A stretch of 64,000 bases of DNA. Source: a virus (lineage: Duplodnaviria; Heunggongvirae; Uroviricota; Caudoviricetes). Where the stretch lies: the IMG/VR virus record IMGVR_UViG_2903405734_000002, positions 1-64,000 of that record; one strand, given 5' to 3'. Positions within the stretch are counted from its first letter, which is position 1. Every line of letters begins with the position of its first letter. Both the position numbers and the translations under genes were made by a program. The notes beneath the pieces are model-generated. The model did not search any database. It was not told the DNA's origin and saw nothing but the letters and a program-made list of their open reading frames with translations. This document shows positions 28,246 to 38,405 of this stretch, piece after piece.

Positions 28246-28821
28246 CTACTGCGAGGCTTTTTCTTTTCTTTCCAGTCGATCCCTTTCTTCCTGCTCCCTG
28301 AGATGCTTTATGATTCTCCTCTCAAGGTAGGTAGCAAGTCGTCTGTTTGTTGTTGTAAGTATCTCGATGTTGTTTTGGTTCTTCATGAGAGCGCTTACAA
28401 TGTAGCTTCTGCTAAAGGTTCCGTCCTTGTAGTCAACAAAAATCTCAACCACGTTTTTAGATTTCAGTTGTTCGGTTTTCTCAATGAGCGAGATTGGTGA
28501 TTGACTTATTGTAATTTGTCTTGGGTTGATATTTATATATACATCATTTACCATCATTCCGAATATTTTATATCCAGAATAACACATGACAACAAGAGCC
28601 ATGATTTGGATGTGCATTTGATTTAGATTAAATATAGCGCCCTTTAATCTGACGGACTCAAAAATATATCCAGATACCAATATGGTCATAAGCCAAAAAA
28701 GAGCAATAATTCGCACCTCCATTGCTCTACCTAGCTTAAACCTGATTAGAAGCCTTATTTTGCCCATACTCACATGAACAAAGCTTGGTTTTTGAATCTT
28801 CCCTTTTATATTTATTGCCAT
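28246..28821 (-). CDS. membrane protein (191 aa)
   Basis: Two to three TM helices. Charged C-terminus. Confidence 0.5.
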   Translation of the reverse strand: MAINIKGKIQKPSFVHVSMGKIRLLIRFKLGRAMEVRIIALFWLMTILVSGYIFESVRLKGAIFNLNQMHIQIMALVVMCYSGYKIFGMMVNDVYININPRQITISQSPISLIEKTEQLKSKNVVEIFVDYKDGTFSRSYIVSALMKNQNNIEILTTTNRRLATYLERRIIKHLREQEERDRLERKEKASQ

Positions 28822-28895
28822 TTGAATCTACTATTATTGTTATAATGGTATTATATATTTTACATTAACCATTAAATAAAAACAATATAGATGAA

Positions 28896-29255
28896 TTACA
28901 TGCAAAAAACATGAACACCAGTGGTGGTGTATGACTCTCTATTTGCGAGAGCGGCTCTCCATTGCTGCATAATGGCATCATAAGAGGGGTTTTCAGAAAG
29001 ATGGATATCAATAAGTGTATCTGCGACTAGAAAAGCTTCATTGCTATTACTCATCACCTGGCGTAGTAGGTGATTGCGCATATCGCTCTTGGCTTTAAAT
29101 AAGCAGCGAAACTCTATTTCTGATTCATTAACCGGAACTATCTGAATTGAACGAATAAAAGAAATGGCTCCACTCTCGATGAGCAAAGCAAAGGCAGAGA
29201 TGTCTTTTCTTTGACCGTTTTCAGATCTGTCTTGTGGTTCCAGGTGACGAGCCAT
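28896..29255 (-). CDS. hypothetical protein (119 aa)
   Basis: ORF only. Confidence 0.4.
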   Translation of the reverse strand: MARHLEPQDRSENGQRKDISAFALLIESGAISFIRSIQIVPVNESEIEFRCLFKAKSDMRNHLLRQVMSNSNEAFLVADTLIDIHLSENPSYDAIMQQWRAALANRESYTTTGVHVFCM

Positions 29256-29286
29256 TTAGCTGCTAAATCTCCATTTAAGTCTGTTT

Positions 29287-29634
29287 TTAGAAGGAACAGC
29301 TGTACAGCCGAACAAGGCGGGGAAGCTCAATAACCCCTATAGTATAACCCATAAAACCTATTATAGCGATATGGTCATGATTGTCATTTGAATAACATGT
29401 GGTTTTATAAATATTTTTGCCCATTGAGTCCTGAAAATCATAAAATACCTTTATTATCAACAACATAAGAATGAGTGGATACCTGCCGCTGGCTTTACCG
29501 ACTAACATCTTGTAACAATTAATCTTGGTGATATAGCTATCATCAAATGCATGGTTGCGTTTTTTTTGAGCTATTGATGCAGTAAAAGTGACGAAGATCA
29601 AGTATTGGTCACTTATTGCTTCACATGGATACAA
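29287..29634 (-). CDS. hypothetical protein (115 aa), doubtful
   Basis: ORF only. Low-complexity, AT-rich. Confidence 0.25.
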   Translation of the reverse strand: MYPCEAISDQYLIFVTFTASIAQKKRNHAFDDSYITKINCYKMLVGKASGRYPLILMLLIIKVFYDFQDSMGKNIYKTTCYSNDNHDHIAIIGFMGYTIGVIELPRLVRLYSCSF

Positions 29635-29809
29635 AAAGGTGCAGATGCCTCAAGTCGCATCTCTGTTATTGTTTGGCTTAAATAGCTGATTCCTGTCTCA
29701 CGATTTAAATAATGGATCCAATATTTACTCCATAATATTTAATGTTTATTAATTGACTGAAAGTAGTCTATGTATTATATTTCATTAATAGAATTTTAAG
29801 GGGTGTGAA

Positions 29810-30268
29810 ATGAAGGCAAAAGCAGCTATTGTAAAAAACCGAAAGGCTGAGTTCGACTATTTTTTGAAAGAGCGTATTGAAGCTGGCCTGTCTCTAGAAG
29901 GGTGGGAGGTTAAGTCTCTCAGGGAGGGGAAAGTAAACCTCCAGGAAAGCTATGTGATGAATATCGGCGGCAGGATGATGTTGGTAGGCTGCCATATTAC
30001 TCCAATGATCCAGGCCAGCACTCATGCTCATTGTGATCCGGTCAGAAACAAGCCGCTCCTTCTGAACAAGAAAGAGATTGACCACTTGATTGGATCTGTT
30101 GAGCGCAAAGGCTTTACTTGCATTCCGGTTTCGCTGTATTTTAGCGGAGGAAAAGTTAAGCTTGAGATTGCACTTGCGGAAGGCAAAAAGCAGCACGATA
30201 AGCGAGCAACAGAGAAGGCCAAGGATATGAAGCGCGAAGCAGATAAGGCCATCAAGGGGCTTCGCTAG
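29810..30268 (+). CDS. smpB: SsrA-binding protein SmpB
   Basis: KAEFDYFLKERIEAGLSLEGWEVKSLREGKVNLQESYV...GKKQHDKR closely matches SmpB. Confidence 0.9.
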   Translation: MKAKAAIVKNRKAEFDYFLKERIEAGLSLEGWEVKSLREGKVNLQESYVMNIGGRMMLVGCHITPMIQASTHAHCDPVRNKPLLLNKKEIDHLIGSVERKGFTCIPVSLYFSGGKVKLEIALAEGKKQHDKRATEKAKDMKREADKAIKGLR

Positions 30269-30290
30269 TCTTTATTCAAAGAGGATAGCA

Positions 30291-30611
30291 ATGGCAAATA
30301 GAAAGATATACGGCATCCACCCATCAAGACCTGAATATGTTGCAAAAATCAAAGGTGATGCCGGAAGATATCCGATATGGGGTTTGGATTGGTATAATAA
30401 CCGAGCCATTGTCTCTCGTGCGGGTGCGCTCGAACTAATTAGCTTCGATAAAATTGCATTCGAAATGGAAAATAAGGATGAAGAAAAAGAAATCCAGCTT
30501 TTTCAGTGCGTGAAATGCAAGCATCTTTATCACGAAAAGATCGCTTCTTGTGATTGTACTGCTGGCGAACCTTTTGAGTACACTGACTGGATTGCAAGAC
30601 CTGTTATCTAA
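30291..30611 (+). CDS. hypothetical protein (106 aa), four Cys (CVKC...CDC)
   Basis: ORF. Possible zinc ribbon. Terminator 30617-30648. Confidence 0.45.
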   Translation: MANRKIYGIHPSRPEYVAKIKGDAGRYPIWGLDWYNNRAIVSRAGALELISFDKIAFEMENKDEEKEIQLFQCVKCKHLYHEKIASCDCTAGEPFEYTDWIARPVI

Positions 30612-30646
30612 TTCTTAAAAAAGAAAACCTGCCGAGGCAGGTTTTT

Positions 30647-31201
30647 TTATGCTTCCGCTGTGATCAAGTCATTCAGCATTTCATCATCGAGATATCTGAT
30701 CATGATGTAATCATCGATGGGGCAGAGTCCGAGCTTGTTCATCTCAGCAACTTTATCCTCATCTTCAATTGCCATCCTGTCGCACAAGCAATCCCAGGCT
30801 GGGCACATCGCGAAAGAATATTTCATTTCGCTCTCTTTCAGCAGTCTGCGGATAACATGCTTCTCAATTCCAAGTCCCATGTAAAATGGCGTCATGGACA
30901 CATCATCAATGATGATACATTTTCTTGGGCCAGTGACACCCTGAGAGATAATGTCAGAGATCGTAGCAATGGTATAGGAATCATCCAGAAGATATTTTTT
31001 AAGCCTTCCGAGGTAGGTCTCATCTCGGTCAAGCCATCGTCTGGCAGTTTTTAGATCGTTAGCTAAACCCCAATCATATTCGGTGTAGAGCAAGTGACCT
31101 ATGACTTTGTTTTCTATGAGTATTTCATGAGTAACATGAGAAAGAAACTGATTATCTCCGATGTCAATAATGGCTTCACTCAATGAAACTGGGTGGGTCA
31201 T
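30647..31201 (-). CDS. hypothetical protein (184 aa)
   Basis: ORF only. Confidence 0.5.
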   Translation of the reverse strand: MTHPVSLSEAIIDIGDNQFLSHVTHEILIENKVIGHLLYTEYDWGLANDLKTARRWLDRDETYLGRLKKYLLDDSYTIATISDIISQGVTGPRKCIIIDDVSMTPFYMGLGIEKHVIRRLLKESEMKYSFAMCPAWDCLCDRMAIEDEDKVAEMNKLGLCPIDDYIMIRYLDDEMLNDLITAEA

Positions 31202-31411
31202 ACACTCTCCTCATTCGATCAATAATTGAAATATAGGTGTTTTTAAATTAAATGGCAAGAATTTTGGTTTGACATCAAAAAAATAACTGGTATGAAGATG
31301 ATCGAACTACGCAAGCCATCAGCCTGCATAAGGGGTGGGGCGGCTCAGAATCTCTTGCTTTTTAATATATTTTATGTATAATTAATTACATAAATGACAA
31401 GGAGATAGAGC

Positions 31412-32977
31412 ATGTTTCGGCATCAAGTAAAGCTTCCTCATGGCTATTTTGCTAAATCTAAAAATGAATATTCTAATTGGAGATTTAGTTGGTGGAGAGA
31501 GGCTATTCAAAACTCTGTTGATGCTGGGGCAACCAAGATTGAGCTTTTTATAAAGACCATGGATGATGGTAAATTAATGCTCATTTGCAGAGATAATGGC
31601 TCAGGAATGAGCAAATCCACTTTGCAAGATGTCTTTCTGGCTCTTGGTGAAACCGACAAAGGCACCGATAAAACAGGTGGTTTTGGATATGCTAAGGTCA
31701 TTATTCTTTTTGCTCACGACAGCTATACCATCAAAACCCAGGATAACATTGTCACTGGGATGGGCGGATCATATGACATTGATGAGCTGACAGAGTTTTT
31801 TAATGGAACTGAAATCTCAGTGGTCATGGATGTAGAGGGTTCTTTTAATGAGAGCTCTTTCAGAAGACAGCTCATGGAATTTGTTGATTCATCATCGTTC
31901 GACAAAAATGTTCACCTCTACCTGGACAATAAGGAGCTTAAAAAACCAGAAAAATCATATGCTTATCATGTTGACAGCAAGATCGGCAAGATCAGCTTTA
32001 ATGATGGAGAGCCAGGTGACTCATCAAGATTAATGATTAGGGTAAATGGGCTGGTGATGTTCACACATTCCGTTTATCTCAATGAGCAGTCATCATCTTT
32101 TTATGGCATTCTTGACCTCGACAAGCCATCAGTTGAAATCCTGACGAGTAATCGCGATGGTCTGAAATATGAATACTCGCAAACACTGAATCAGATCGTT
32201 TCTGTTTTGAGCCAGGAAAGAAGCAGCCTCAAATGCAAAGACTTGATTGATGTTACCTTCAACAGGATGTATGACTATGAGTACGAAAGAAGCCTGTCCT
32301 CATCTCGCCAACTGAGTGGCGGCTCTGCATATGCAGGATCACTTAGTGAAGTTGGCATCAAGGGGATGCCATTACATGGTCAAAATCCAGATTTTTCAGG
32401 AAATCCATTTCAAAAATTTAAAGCAAGGGCTGACGCACTCGTAGATCAGGTGGCGCTCCGATTTGGAAAAATCGATCAGTCTCAGTACCCTAACAATTTC
32501 AAGGTAAAAACTCATGAGATGAATGCTGAAAATCCAAAGAAAAAATACTTTGAGATTATCAGACTTCTAGAGCTGAAAAGAGTCCAAAAGCTGGCATGGA
32601 CATGGTTTTTTATCATAGAGGAAATTCTAAAAACAGAGTGGGCTGAGACACATAGCATCAAGTGGGTTAAGAACAGGGCCACTCGATTCGACATGCCAAT
32701 CAATATAGGCTTCATCTTTAGTGATGAGGCAAATGGCTTAAAGGTAAGAGATAAGGATGGCTATCATATATTGATTAACGTTGCATCTCTTGATGATGAC
32801 TATGACTTCGAGGACATCCTTGATATTGCTACTCATGAAGTAACACATCTGGCTGTATCCAATCACAGCGAAGGCTTTTGTTCAGAAGAAATGGCGCTAA
32901 GAAAAAGCCTTAGAAAAAGGATTAAGGCTCGACAGCTTGAGCGTCTTTGTCTCGAAAAGGTTCGAGAGATCTTCTAA
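31412..32977 (+). CDS. GHKL-type ATPase (Bergerat fold) with C-terminal HExxH zincin-like motif
   Basis: N-box EAIQNSVDAGA, G1 RDNGSGM, G2 TDKTGGFGYAKV. C-terminal IATHEVTHLAV. RBS AGGAGA. A hairpin lies immediately after the stop. Confidence 0.65.
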   Translation: MFRHQVKLPHGYFAKSKNEYSNWRFSWWREAIQNSVDAGATKIELFIKTMDDGKLMLICRDNGSGMSKSTLQDVFLALGETDKGTDKTGGFGYAKVIILFAHDSYTIKTQDNIVTGMGGSYDIDELTEFFNGTEISVVMDVEGSFNESSFRRQLMEFVDSSSFDKNVHLYLDNKELKKPEKSYAYHVDSKIGKISFNDGEPGDSSRLMIRVNGLVMFTHSVYLNEQSSSFYGILDLDKPSVEILTSNRDGLKYEYSQTLNQIVSVLSQERSSLKCKDLIDVTFNRMYDYEYERSLSSSRQLSGGSAYAGSLSEVGIKGMPLHGQNPDFSGNPFQKFKARADALVDQVALRFGKIDQSQYPNNFKVKTHEMNAENPKKKYFEIIRLLELKRVQKLAWTWFFIIEEILKTEWAETHSIKWVKNRATRFDMPINIGFIFSDEANGLKVRDKDGYHILINVASLDDDYDFEDILDIATHEVTHLAVSNHSEGFCSEEMALRKSLRKRIKARQLERLCLEKVREIF

Positions 32978-33021
32978 GAGAAAGCAATGACGCACATACT
33001 GTGCGTCATTTTCATATTAAG

Positions 33022-33402
33022 ATGATGAGAATCAATATGGCTTTGTACACAATAAGAAAATCAAAAAAAGAGTGTTTTCATATAGTTTCATTCAAAAAGA
33101 AGTTCTTAGAACTGATTTCTGAGGCTGACGGGTGGTGCATTCGGGTTTTGATTGCGAAAATCATAAAAGACCTGTCGGCCCTAAAAGGGAGGGTTGTCAT
33201 TGATGCTGACTCACAAGATCTCATCAATGAGGTAATCTCAAAAAATGGGGATTTTGTTTTTGGAGAACCAGGGGATTACTCCATGTCCCTATTTTTTATA
33301 GATGGATTAATGATATCTAACTCAGGAATGGACTATGAGAGGATGTTCGACCTAATCACAAAATTCTATAAAATGCTCAAAGAGGACAAAGGCCAGGATT
33401 GA
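33022..33402 (+). CDS. hypothetical protein (about 126 aa)
   Basis: ORF. Start placed after the hairpin that follows the GHKL gene. Confidence 0.35.
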   Translation: MMRINMALYTIRKSKKECFHIVSFKKKFLELISEADGWCIRVLIAKIIKDLSALKGRVVIDADSQDLINEVISKNGDFVFGEPGDYSMSLFFIDGLMISNSGMDYERMFDLITKFYKMLKEDKGQD

Positions 33403-33561
33403 TGACTGGCTGTTTTTTGCCCAGAAGAATCCCCTATTCATTATTTTTAAAAAAACCAAACAACCTTATATTTTGGCTTGACGAATATAATATTTTAAGT
33501 ATAATTAACTCCATCAAAGCAAAACAACAACTAGCAAAAAATAATAGATAGGGTGAAAATT

Positions 33562-34002
33562 ATGAGTAATTCAATGAAAGTATCCGGCCTGGTAAAAGCG
33601 CTCATCAAATCTTCTGTTGAAACCAACGTGTTTCTCGTTAATGGCGTAAGGCTGTCTGGCTGCATTGAGAAAGCCGATGCTTCGACTCTCATTCTTGTTC
33701 GTGATGGCAAAAAACAAGCCATCTATCGACATGCTATTGCCACCATTGTTCCTGTAGGGCAATTCAGCAAAGAAGCATTTGACTCTGCCGCTGATTGCGC
33801 AGAGCAAAGCACTGGCGAGAGCCTGCTCAGTGGCCTTGTAAAAACTGGTGACAACATCAATGCATTCATGCTGAATGGAATTCGCTTGTCTGGTGTTCTT
33901 CTGTGTGAAGATGATGAAATGCTCCTGATGTCAGTGCCAGAAAAAGATCAGTTCCAATCCGTAATGAAGCGAGCTATCGCCACTCTTTCTGCTTTGGATT
34001 AA
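33562..34002 (+). CDS. tandem double-Hfq (Sm-like) domain protein
   Basis: Domain 1 VFLVNGVRLSGCIEKADASTLILVRDGKKQAIYRHAIATIVP, compare Hfq [23 protein letters not shown]...YKHAISTVVP. Domain 2 AFMLNGIRLSGVLLCEDDEMLLMS...MKRAIATL. Confidence 0.8.
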   Translation: MSNSMKVSGLVKALIKSSVETNVFLVNGVRLSGCIEKADASTLILVRDGKKQAIYRHAIATIVPVGQFSKEAFDSAADCAEQSTGESLLSGLVKTGDNINAFMLNGIRLSGVLLCEDDEMLLMSVPEKDQFQSVMKRAIATLSALD

Positions 34003-34092
34003 TCGAATTTTCCATTATGGAGACTCTTTGGTTTGAGTCTCTATGGTCAGGAGTCCTGGCATTGCCAGAATTAAGGTTTCGGAGTACAAAAT

Positions 34093-34527
34093 ATGACCAA
34101 TAAAAAGATTTTTATGATTGAGGCGCTGATTAAGTCAGAGCAGGCTGTGGATGTGTTTCTCGTAAATGGAATCTGCCTAAAAGGGCGTCTGGTTGCACAG
34201 ACCAGTGGATACTTGGTGTTGTCCGATTTCATGGCGAAGAAAGCGCCTCAAATCATCTATCGACACGCTATCTCTACCATTGTTCCCATTGGTGCGTTCG
34301 ATGTTGAGTCTGCACTGGTTGATCCTATGCTGCCAGAGTGCAAGCAAGGAGAGGCCCTTCTTGACGCGATTATGAGCCAAAATCTGAGCACAAGTGTGTT
34401 TATGATGAATGGCATTCGCCTGGTGGGCATCCTTGTCAGTCAGACAGAAGAATCCTTCCTTATGAAGGTGTTCAACGGCTGCCAGGAGATCCGAAAAGCA
34501 GCAATTGCAACCATTGTGCCGTCATAA
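34093..34527 (+). CDS. tandem double-Hfq (Sm-like) domain protein, paralogue
   Basis: Domain 1 VFLVNGICLKGRLVAQTSGYLVLSD...IIYRHAISTIVP. Domain 2 VFMMNGIRLVGILVSQTEESFLMKV...RKAAIATIVP. RBS GGAG. Confidence 0.8.
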   Translation: MTNKKIFMIEALIKSEQAVDVFLVNGICLKGRLVAQTSGYLVLSDFMAKKAPQIIYRHAISTIVPIGAFDVESALVDPMLPECKQGEALLDAIMSQNLSTSVFMMNGIRLVGILVSQTEESFLMKVFNGCQEIRKAAIATIVPS

Positions 34528-34727
34528 ATCGCATGCTTGTCAAAAGGCCACCATAAGGTGGCCTTTTTTGGTAATCAGAAAAACAGGCAGGGCAAGGGAA
34601 AAACCTGGTTGCTTGCTGCGAAGCAGGGTTTTGAGAATCCGCTTACGCGAACATAGCCAGTTCTCCTTTCTCTTTATCCGTAAATGGTTATAATCCCAGC
34701 CAGATAGGTGTACTCCCTGGGGTTTCG

Positions 34728-35063
34728 ATGAAAAATCTTCCTTACTTCTCCTTTGTAGACAAAAGACTTCACGAGGAGTGGTCTGTCGATGGCCTGCATC
34801 AATTCTACGTTCCCAAAGGCATTGTGACGCACATTAGCTATTACCCTATGGATGGCAAGGATGAAGAGATCGGAGTCCTTTATACATCGCCCAGCGGCGT
34901 ATTGTTTAGGGAGTGGCGCTCAAGGAATGAAGTCGAGATAAACGAAATCAATGAGGTAGAGTGGAATTCCCTCTACGAGCTGTTTACAGCCAAACAAATG
35001 ACTCACAGAAGAGGGATCTCTCTTCGGTATAGTCCCGAGCAGAACATCTTGGATGTTCACTAA
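34728..35063 (+). CDS. hypothetical protein (111 aa)
   Basis: ORF. Terminator 35062-35095. Confidence 0.45.
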   Translation: MKNLPYFSFVDKRLHEEWSVDGLHQFYVPKGIVTHISYYPMDGKDEEIGVLYTSPSGVLFREWRSRNEVEINEINEVEWNSLYELFTAKQMTHRRGISLRYSPEQNILDVH

Positions 35064-35093
35064 AAAGGCGGCCATTGGCCGCCTTTCTCTTTT

Positions 35094-36623
35094 CTACTCA
35101 TCATCATCTATGGCTGTTCTTAGGTTGCTTGCGAAAAGGTCTGACTCGATTTGATCAACGTTTTCAAAGTCGAACTTGATGATCCCTTCATCTTGGTATG
35201 CATCTTGATTATGAAGGTCTTTGTCATAATCATCATCTGGGTAATCATCACTATCAAGATGAGCTGACGAGAAGATGTCTCCTGGCAGCTCGCTATCATC
35301 AGGAAGATCTCCCTCCAACCCTTGCAGCAGCTCCTTCATCTCACTTTCATGATCAACAGTAGCTTGATGGGGCAGGGGGCTATCATCCATTATCTCATCC
35401 CCAAGGCCAATGATGTCCGCAATCCTGGCTTTTTCTTCGTCATCCATTGCTTGGGCTGTTGGATGATCTGCCGGAAGAATGTCAATGATTTCAGGAAGTA
35501 GTTCGGCCACTATCGCGACAGAAGCAGCTGCGGTGCCAGTACCAATAGCAGCTTGGGCGACTTCATTTTTTTCTTCCTTGATGATTGCCTTCGGAGGAGT
35601 TTTGTATGATGACTCCTCATCCTCTCTTTCCTCTTTGCTTGTTCTGATAACTCTATGTTCTTTATTGGTTTTTTTATGCTCTTTCTGCTCTGATTGCTCT
35701 TTTTTGATGAGCTCCATCATTGCCTTGTTCATGTCGTCATTATCAAAGACGCCTGGTGCCTTTTGTTGTTTTTTTTCTGAGATTTTAAAGTTACTATATT
35801 TTTCATCAAAATATTCTTTGTCTGTCAGCAATCTAGCAAAAACATCCGACTCATCTTCTGCCTCATCAGATACAGACTCTTCAAGCTCAGAGCGATTGAT
35901 CAGGATGGCTAGGCTATCCTCAATCTGCTGATCTTCTTTGGCGAATTTTTCATTAATTGATATGGAAAGGTCTTTATTTATAAATTCCACCGCATCTTTT
36001 TTGGAGAAGTATTGGGAAGAATTCTCGGTATCGCTTTGAGCTACCAATCGGCTTGTTTGTATTAAATCATCAAACTCTTCTTTGAGGTATTTAATTTCTT
36101 TTGCCGTGGGCGTTAGGGCATAGACGAGCTCAACATAAAGATTGATAAATTTCAAAGCATCTGTTTCTGCGCCTTTCAAGTAATTGACCAGGGCTGGCTT
36201 TAAAAAGTCCTCATCATAGTCTCGGTTAAATCCCTTTACTGATAACAGCCCTGATGCAGCAAGAAGAATTGCTCTTTTTGTTGCCTTGTGGTTTCCCAGG
36301 ACATGGAGCCTGTCCATTAACCACTTGGCCCTGTATCCCATGATTAAAAGAACAGAAACTATGCCAATAAAAATAATGCTGTTATACGAGGCGCTTAGGC
36401 AAAGGGTGCATACATAAAGTGAAAGAGCAATGATGCCCAATGGAAGTCTGTTTACCGAAGACCACTCGGGGAACGTCTCGGACAAACGCCTTCTCTTTAA
36501 CATGCAATCGATCAGAAACTTATCCAGAAGAGGAAGATCTGTAATCGGGAAAAGGCGCTTGTTGATTACCTTAATGGCCTCCCTCGATTTCTGTAGATGC
36601 TCATATTCTTTGTGATTCTTCAT
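35094..36623 (-). CDS. membrane-anchored acidic low-complexity protein (509 aa)
   Basis: N-terminal TM helices. Long Glu/Asp/Lys-rich C-terminal region. Confidence 0.55.
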   Translation of the reverse strand: MKNHKEYEHLQKSREAIKVINKRLFPITDLPLLDKFLIDCMLKRRRLSETFPEWSSVNRLPLGIIALSLYVCTLCLSASYNSIIFIGIVSVLLIMGYRAKWLMDRLHVLGNHKATKRAILLAASGLLSVKGFNRDYDEDFLKPALVNYLKGAETDALKFINLYVELVYALTPTAKEIKYLKEEFDDLIQTSRLVAQSDTENSSQYFSKKDAVEFINKDLSISINEKFAKEDQQIEDSLAILINRSELEESVSDEAEDESDVFARLLTDKEYFDEKYSNFKISEKKQQKAPGVFDNDDMNKAMMELIKKEQSEQKEHKKTNKEHRVIRTSKEEREDEESSYKTPPKAIIKEEKNEVAQAAIGTGTAAASVAIVAELLPEIIDILPADHPTAQAMDDEEKARIADIIGLGDEIMDDSPLPHQATVDHESEMKELLQGLEGDLPDDSELPGDIFSSAHLDSDDYPDDDYDKDLHNQDAYQDEGIIKFDFENVDQIESDLFASNLRTAIDDDE

Positions 36624-36717
36624 ATATTCTCCGTTTTTATTTTATTTATCATTTAAATGAAGCAAACCGATGTGGTATGATAACAAATATAAGAATAATA
36701 ATGAAGGTAATGTTGTT

Positions 36718-37521
36718 ATGAGCTACAAAAAAGAGATGGAGTCATTCATATCTAAGAATCGCGAATCGATCTGCGAAAGCCTTGGTCTTAAGAGCTATGA
36801 GATCATTGATAGCGATCTAAGAATTATGGCTGCATACCTGACACCAAAGGCAGGTGAGAAAAATTTTGATGCTGGTAACGGCATTGATACCTCTTTCATT
36901 GAAGATCTTAAGCGCCTGCCTAGAAACAAGGTGGGAGAGGAGATCCTGCTTAAAGCGATTGAAGCAAAAGAGAAGGGGGAATCCCTCGGCAGAAGGATGC
37001 CAAATGCCCTGAGCAAGCGTCAGCTCTTCTCCCCAAAGGTAGAGGCGGCCATGCAAGAAAGACGCAGAGAGATGAGTTCTGAGTCGTTTGGCAAGCTCTC
37101 TGGCAATGTGGTTATGCTCAAAACTCACCTTAAGACCCTTGCTCAATTGCTTCACAGTGATAGCAGCTTTGCAGAGCCATCTTTCAGGTTTCAGATTAGA
37201 GCAATTTTGAAGATGATTAGCAGTGACCTTAATAAGTGCAACTATCAAGCCAGGGCTGGAGCAGTCTGGGCTATTAAGTCAGGTATTTCTGCTGATAGTG
37301 CTGCGATTGCTGTTAATCAGGTTTATTTGAGACATCTGAATCAACTGAGCAAAACTTTTGCGCCAGTGGATGAATTGATTAACGCCAACGGAATTGACTG
37401 CAAAATGTCAAAACAGATTGACTCAATCAAAGAACGGTGGTATCAAGAGTTCCAAGAAGTATTCCAAATGAAAAAGGACATTGTGCATGGAAATCGATTC
37501 GTTGCTGAACCAAGCCTCTAA
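36718..37521 (+). CDS. hypothetical protein (267 aa)
   Basis: Start at MSYKK with GAAGG RBS. ORF. Confidence 0.5.
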   Translation: MSYKKEMESFISKNRESICESLGLKSYEIIDSDLRIMAAYLTPKAGEKNFDAGNGIDTSFIEDLKRLPRNKVGEEILLKAIEAKEKGESLGRRMPNALSKRQLFSPKVEAAMQERRREMSSESFGKLSGNVVMLKTHLKTLAQLLHSDSSFAEPSFRFQIRAILKMISSDLNKCNYQARAGAVWAIKSGISADSAAIAVNQVYLRHLNQLSKTFAPVDELINANGIDCKMSKQIDSIKERWYQEFQEVFQMKKDIVHGNRFVAEPSL

Positions 37522-37675
37522 AGAGGATATTATTGAAGTGCTCCGAAAAAATGCGACACCAGAACAAAATAGATTTCTTGATGTTGCGAGAGAAGTCGAA
37601 AACGAAATGAACGGCATTCCAGAGTGCTGTGACGCTCTTGAACAAGCGGTCAAAAGCCGAACATCAAAATCATAA
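37487..37675 (+). CDS. small hypothetical protein (about 62 aa)
   Basis: ORF with AAGGA RBS. Overlaps the preceding gene's end. Confidence 0.3.
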   Translation: MEIDSLLNQASKEDIIEVLRKNATPEQNRFLDVAREVENEMNGIPECCDALEQAVKSRTSKS

Positions 37676-37711
37676 TCAAAAAAAGAAAAGGCACCTTGAA
37701 GGTGCCTTATT

Positions 37712-37975
37712 TTATTTCCTGTTTTTCATTTCCTCGCACACAGCAATACTGATTTTTGCCGGATACTTTCTCAAAATATCTACAAGATCTGCATCATGAG
37801 GATCATTATTGGTCTCAAAACCAAAGCAATCTGCCAGGGTGAGAACATCAAGAACATTATTTAAGAAAAACCTACGCTCATCTGCATCGCTGATTTTGAC
37901 ACCGTGCTTTTCGGCATGAGCAACAAGAACAGCGGAGACTTCTTTCTTGATATTTTCAATCTCTTGAAGCTTCAT
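37712..37975 (-). CDS. hypothetical protein (87 aa)
   Basis: ORF. Terminator hairpin 38011-38040 on the other side. Confidence 0.45.
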   Translation of the reverse strand: MKLQEIENIKKEVSAVLVAHAEKHGVKISDADERRFFLNNVLDVLTLADCFGFETNNDPHDADLVDILRKYPAKISIAVCEEMKNRK

Positions 37976-38053
37976 TTTTTCACCTAAATTAATTTTTTAG
38001 TTTTCTAACTAAATAAAGGTGGCATCGCCACCTTTATTTTTAAGATAAATATC

Positions 38054-38305
38054 TTAAACAACAACTTCCTCAAGCTGGCTTTTAGCAGCATCAAGCTTGC
38101 GAGTCTCATTCATGCCTGGGCCGAAGACCTTGCGATGATGGTTGCACATGGCGCAAGAGCAGCATGCAGGGGTATTTACAGAACGACCGAGGCGAACAGG
38201 GTCGATCTCGCCGTTCTGATCGTGGATGCCGCAGTAATTCTGCTTGATGCGCCTGGACTTAATGCGAAGAAAATGATGGCGCTTACTGGCTCTACCTTTT
38301 TTCAT
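38054..38305 (-). CDS. small basic Cys-rich protein (83 aa), possible zinc ribbon
   Basis: YCG...CCSCAMCNHH. Lys/Arg-rich N-terminus. Confidence 0.45.
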   Translation of the reverse strand: MKKGRASKRHHFLRIKSRRIKQNYCGIHDQNGEIDPVRLGRSVNTPACCSCAMCNHHRKVFGPGMNETRKLDAAKSQLEEVVV

Positions 38306-38405
38306 AAGACTACTTCCTTATGGCTATTGTTATAATTGACACCATTCTAATATCAACAATAATTATTTACAAGTAAAATAATCAAGAGATTTGAGCCAGG
38401 TCTCA

